Below are positions 39,332-40,261 of a stretch of 40,261 bases of DNA, piece after piece. The DNA comes from Candidatus Omnitrophota bacterium. Lineage in GTDB: Bacteria; Omnitrophota; Gorgyraeia; Aquiviventales; Aquiviventaceae. The translations under genes were made by a program, and so were the position numbers. How positions within the stretch are numbered: the stretch's first letter is position 1; each line of letters begins with the position of its first letter. The stretch spans positions 1 to 40,261 of the forward strand of contig JACQRD010000080.1 in assembly GCA_016206675.1 (NCBI GenBank), written 5' to 3'. The notes below the pieces were generated by a model. It did not search any database. It had not been told where the DNA came from and worked only from the letters and a program-made list of their open reading frames with translations.

Positions 39332-40261
39332 CTAGGTGGCGGCTTGCTGCTTAAAGCGGAGGACGTCTTTGGCGGCCTTGGCGATGTCGTCGGGCATGAG
39401 ATGGAAGGCCTGAAACAGCTGCGCCGGATCGCCGGAGGTGCCGAAGCGATCCTGCACCCCCACGAAGCGCATCGGCACCGGGCACTCCTGCACCACCACC
39501 TCGGCGACCGCCCCGCCGAGGCCGCCGATGACCGTGTGCTCCTCGGCGGTGACGATCGCGCCGGTCTCTTTCGCGGCGCAGATGATGACCGGCCGGTCGA
39601 TGGGCTTGAGCGTGTGCAGATTGATGATGCGGGCCTGAAGGCCTTCCTTGGCGAGCAGCTCGGCGGCCTTCAGCGCCTGGTTGACCATGGCCCCGCAGGC
39701 GATGATCGCCACGTCATCCCCGCTGCGCAGCACGTTGGCCCGGCTGATGTGAAACGGATCGGACTCCTTGGTAATCGCCGGCACCGGCGCGCGGCCCAGC
39801 CGCAGATAGACCGGCCCGGGGTAGCTCGCACTGGCGATCGCCGCCTTTTTCGCTTCGACCGCATCGCACGGCACCACTACCGTCATGTGCGGCAGCGAGC
39901 GCAGCACGGTGAACTCTTCCAGCGCCTCCGCGGTGGCCCCGTCCGCGCCGACGGAAAGGCCGCCGTGCGAGCCGACGATTTTGACGTTGAGTTGCTGGTA
40001 GCAGACGGCCAGGCGCAGCTGTTCGAGCGTTTTGCCCGTGACGAACTGCGAGAAGGAACAGGCGAAGGGGATCTTGCCGGCGATCGCCAGCCCGGCGGCC
40101 GTGCCGATCATGTCCTGCTCGGCGATGCCGACGGAGAAAAACCGTTCGGGGTATGCCTTCTTGAACCAGATCGCCCGCGCCGAGTCCTCGAGATCGCCGG
40201 AGAGGGCCACCACCTCGGGGTTGGTGTTGCCAAGCTCCAACAAGCCTTCGCCGAATCCGTC
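39332..40261 (-). CDS. Transketolase, C-terminal (pyrimidine-binding plus C-terminal domain) subunit. The 5' end lies beyond the window.
   Basis: FGVAEQ-like motif (FFSVGIAEQDMIGTAAGLA) and a transketolase C-terminal domain. The frame stays open upstream of the track Met (40243) to the window edge (DGFGEGLLELGN...). Confidence 0.85.
   Translation of the reverse strand, partial: DGFGEGLLELGNTNPEVVALSGDLEDSARAIWFKKAYPERFFSVGIAEQDMIGTAAGLAIAGKIPFACSFSQFVTGKTLEQLRLAVCYQQLNVKIVGSHGGLSVGADGATAEALEEFTVLRSLPHMTVVVPCDAVEAKKAAIASASYPGPVYLRLGRAPVPAITKESDPFHISRANVLRSGDDVAIIACGAMVNQALKAAELLAKEGLQARIINLHTLKPIDRPVIICAAKETGAIVTAEEHTVIGGLGGAVAEVVVQECPVPMRFVGVQDRFGTSGDPAQLFQAFHLMPDDIAKAAKDVLRFKQQAAT

Overview
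High-GC (roughly two thirds G+C by eye) chromosomal segment from a diderm bacterium. It is almost fully coding, and most genes from 7.8 kb onward are on the minus strand. I cannot assign a phylum from sequence alone.

Gene content is largely housekeeping:
- tldD-pmbA, followed by two exported hydrolases, then ispH and yjbQ.
- A cca / neutral-ceramidase / C45-hydrolase operon.
- glpK-glpD-M48 peptidase, and suhB.
- A RumA-type rRNA methyltransferase and a rhomboid protease.
- An outer-membrane and lipid A block: lpxI, lpxA, fused lpxC-fabZ, skp, bamA.
- dnaB-rplI-rpsR-ssb-rpsF-pth-ctc-prs-glmU, tRNA-Gln(UUG), spoVG, ispE and a transketolase C-terminal subunit.
- The ORF track misses one edge-truncated gene, an ATP-grasp-like CDS at 1..879 on the minus strand.

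The most unusual signal is not a gene cluster. About 17 imperfect palindromic elements, 60-140 bp long, have arms made of tandem ~7-nt words (CAGCAGA, GGTTCGG, CTGGAAG, GTCCGTA, TCCAAAT and others). They sit exactly on gene boundaries. Several are translated:
- One family supplies the signal peptides of at least four exported proteins, giving QQTADSR...FWLLL...SAVCCLL.
- One contributes the IspH C-terminus and the RumA N-terminus.
- Others donate stop codons.

Other items worth a second look:
- A tight HAMP-only / pseudopilin / HAMP-only operon.
- Two tandem ~150-bp units bounded by inverted repeats upstream of the rhomboid gene; these also provide its start codon.
- A ~0.7-kb low-GC islet with an HTH plus LAGLIDADG-like ORF that has no stop of its own and reads through tRNA-Gln.
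- A SpoVG carrying an inserted C4 zinc ribbon.
- A GlmU with a ~100-aa basic tail.
- An orphan PilX-like 558-aa exported protein.
- Several apparently leaderless genes, with a -10 box 6-7 nt before the ATG.

I saw no CRISPR array, no rRNA, and no transposase or integrase. All family assignments are from motif recognition by eye, not database searches.
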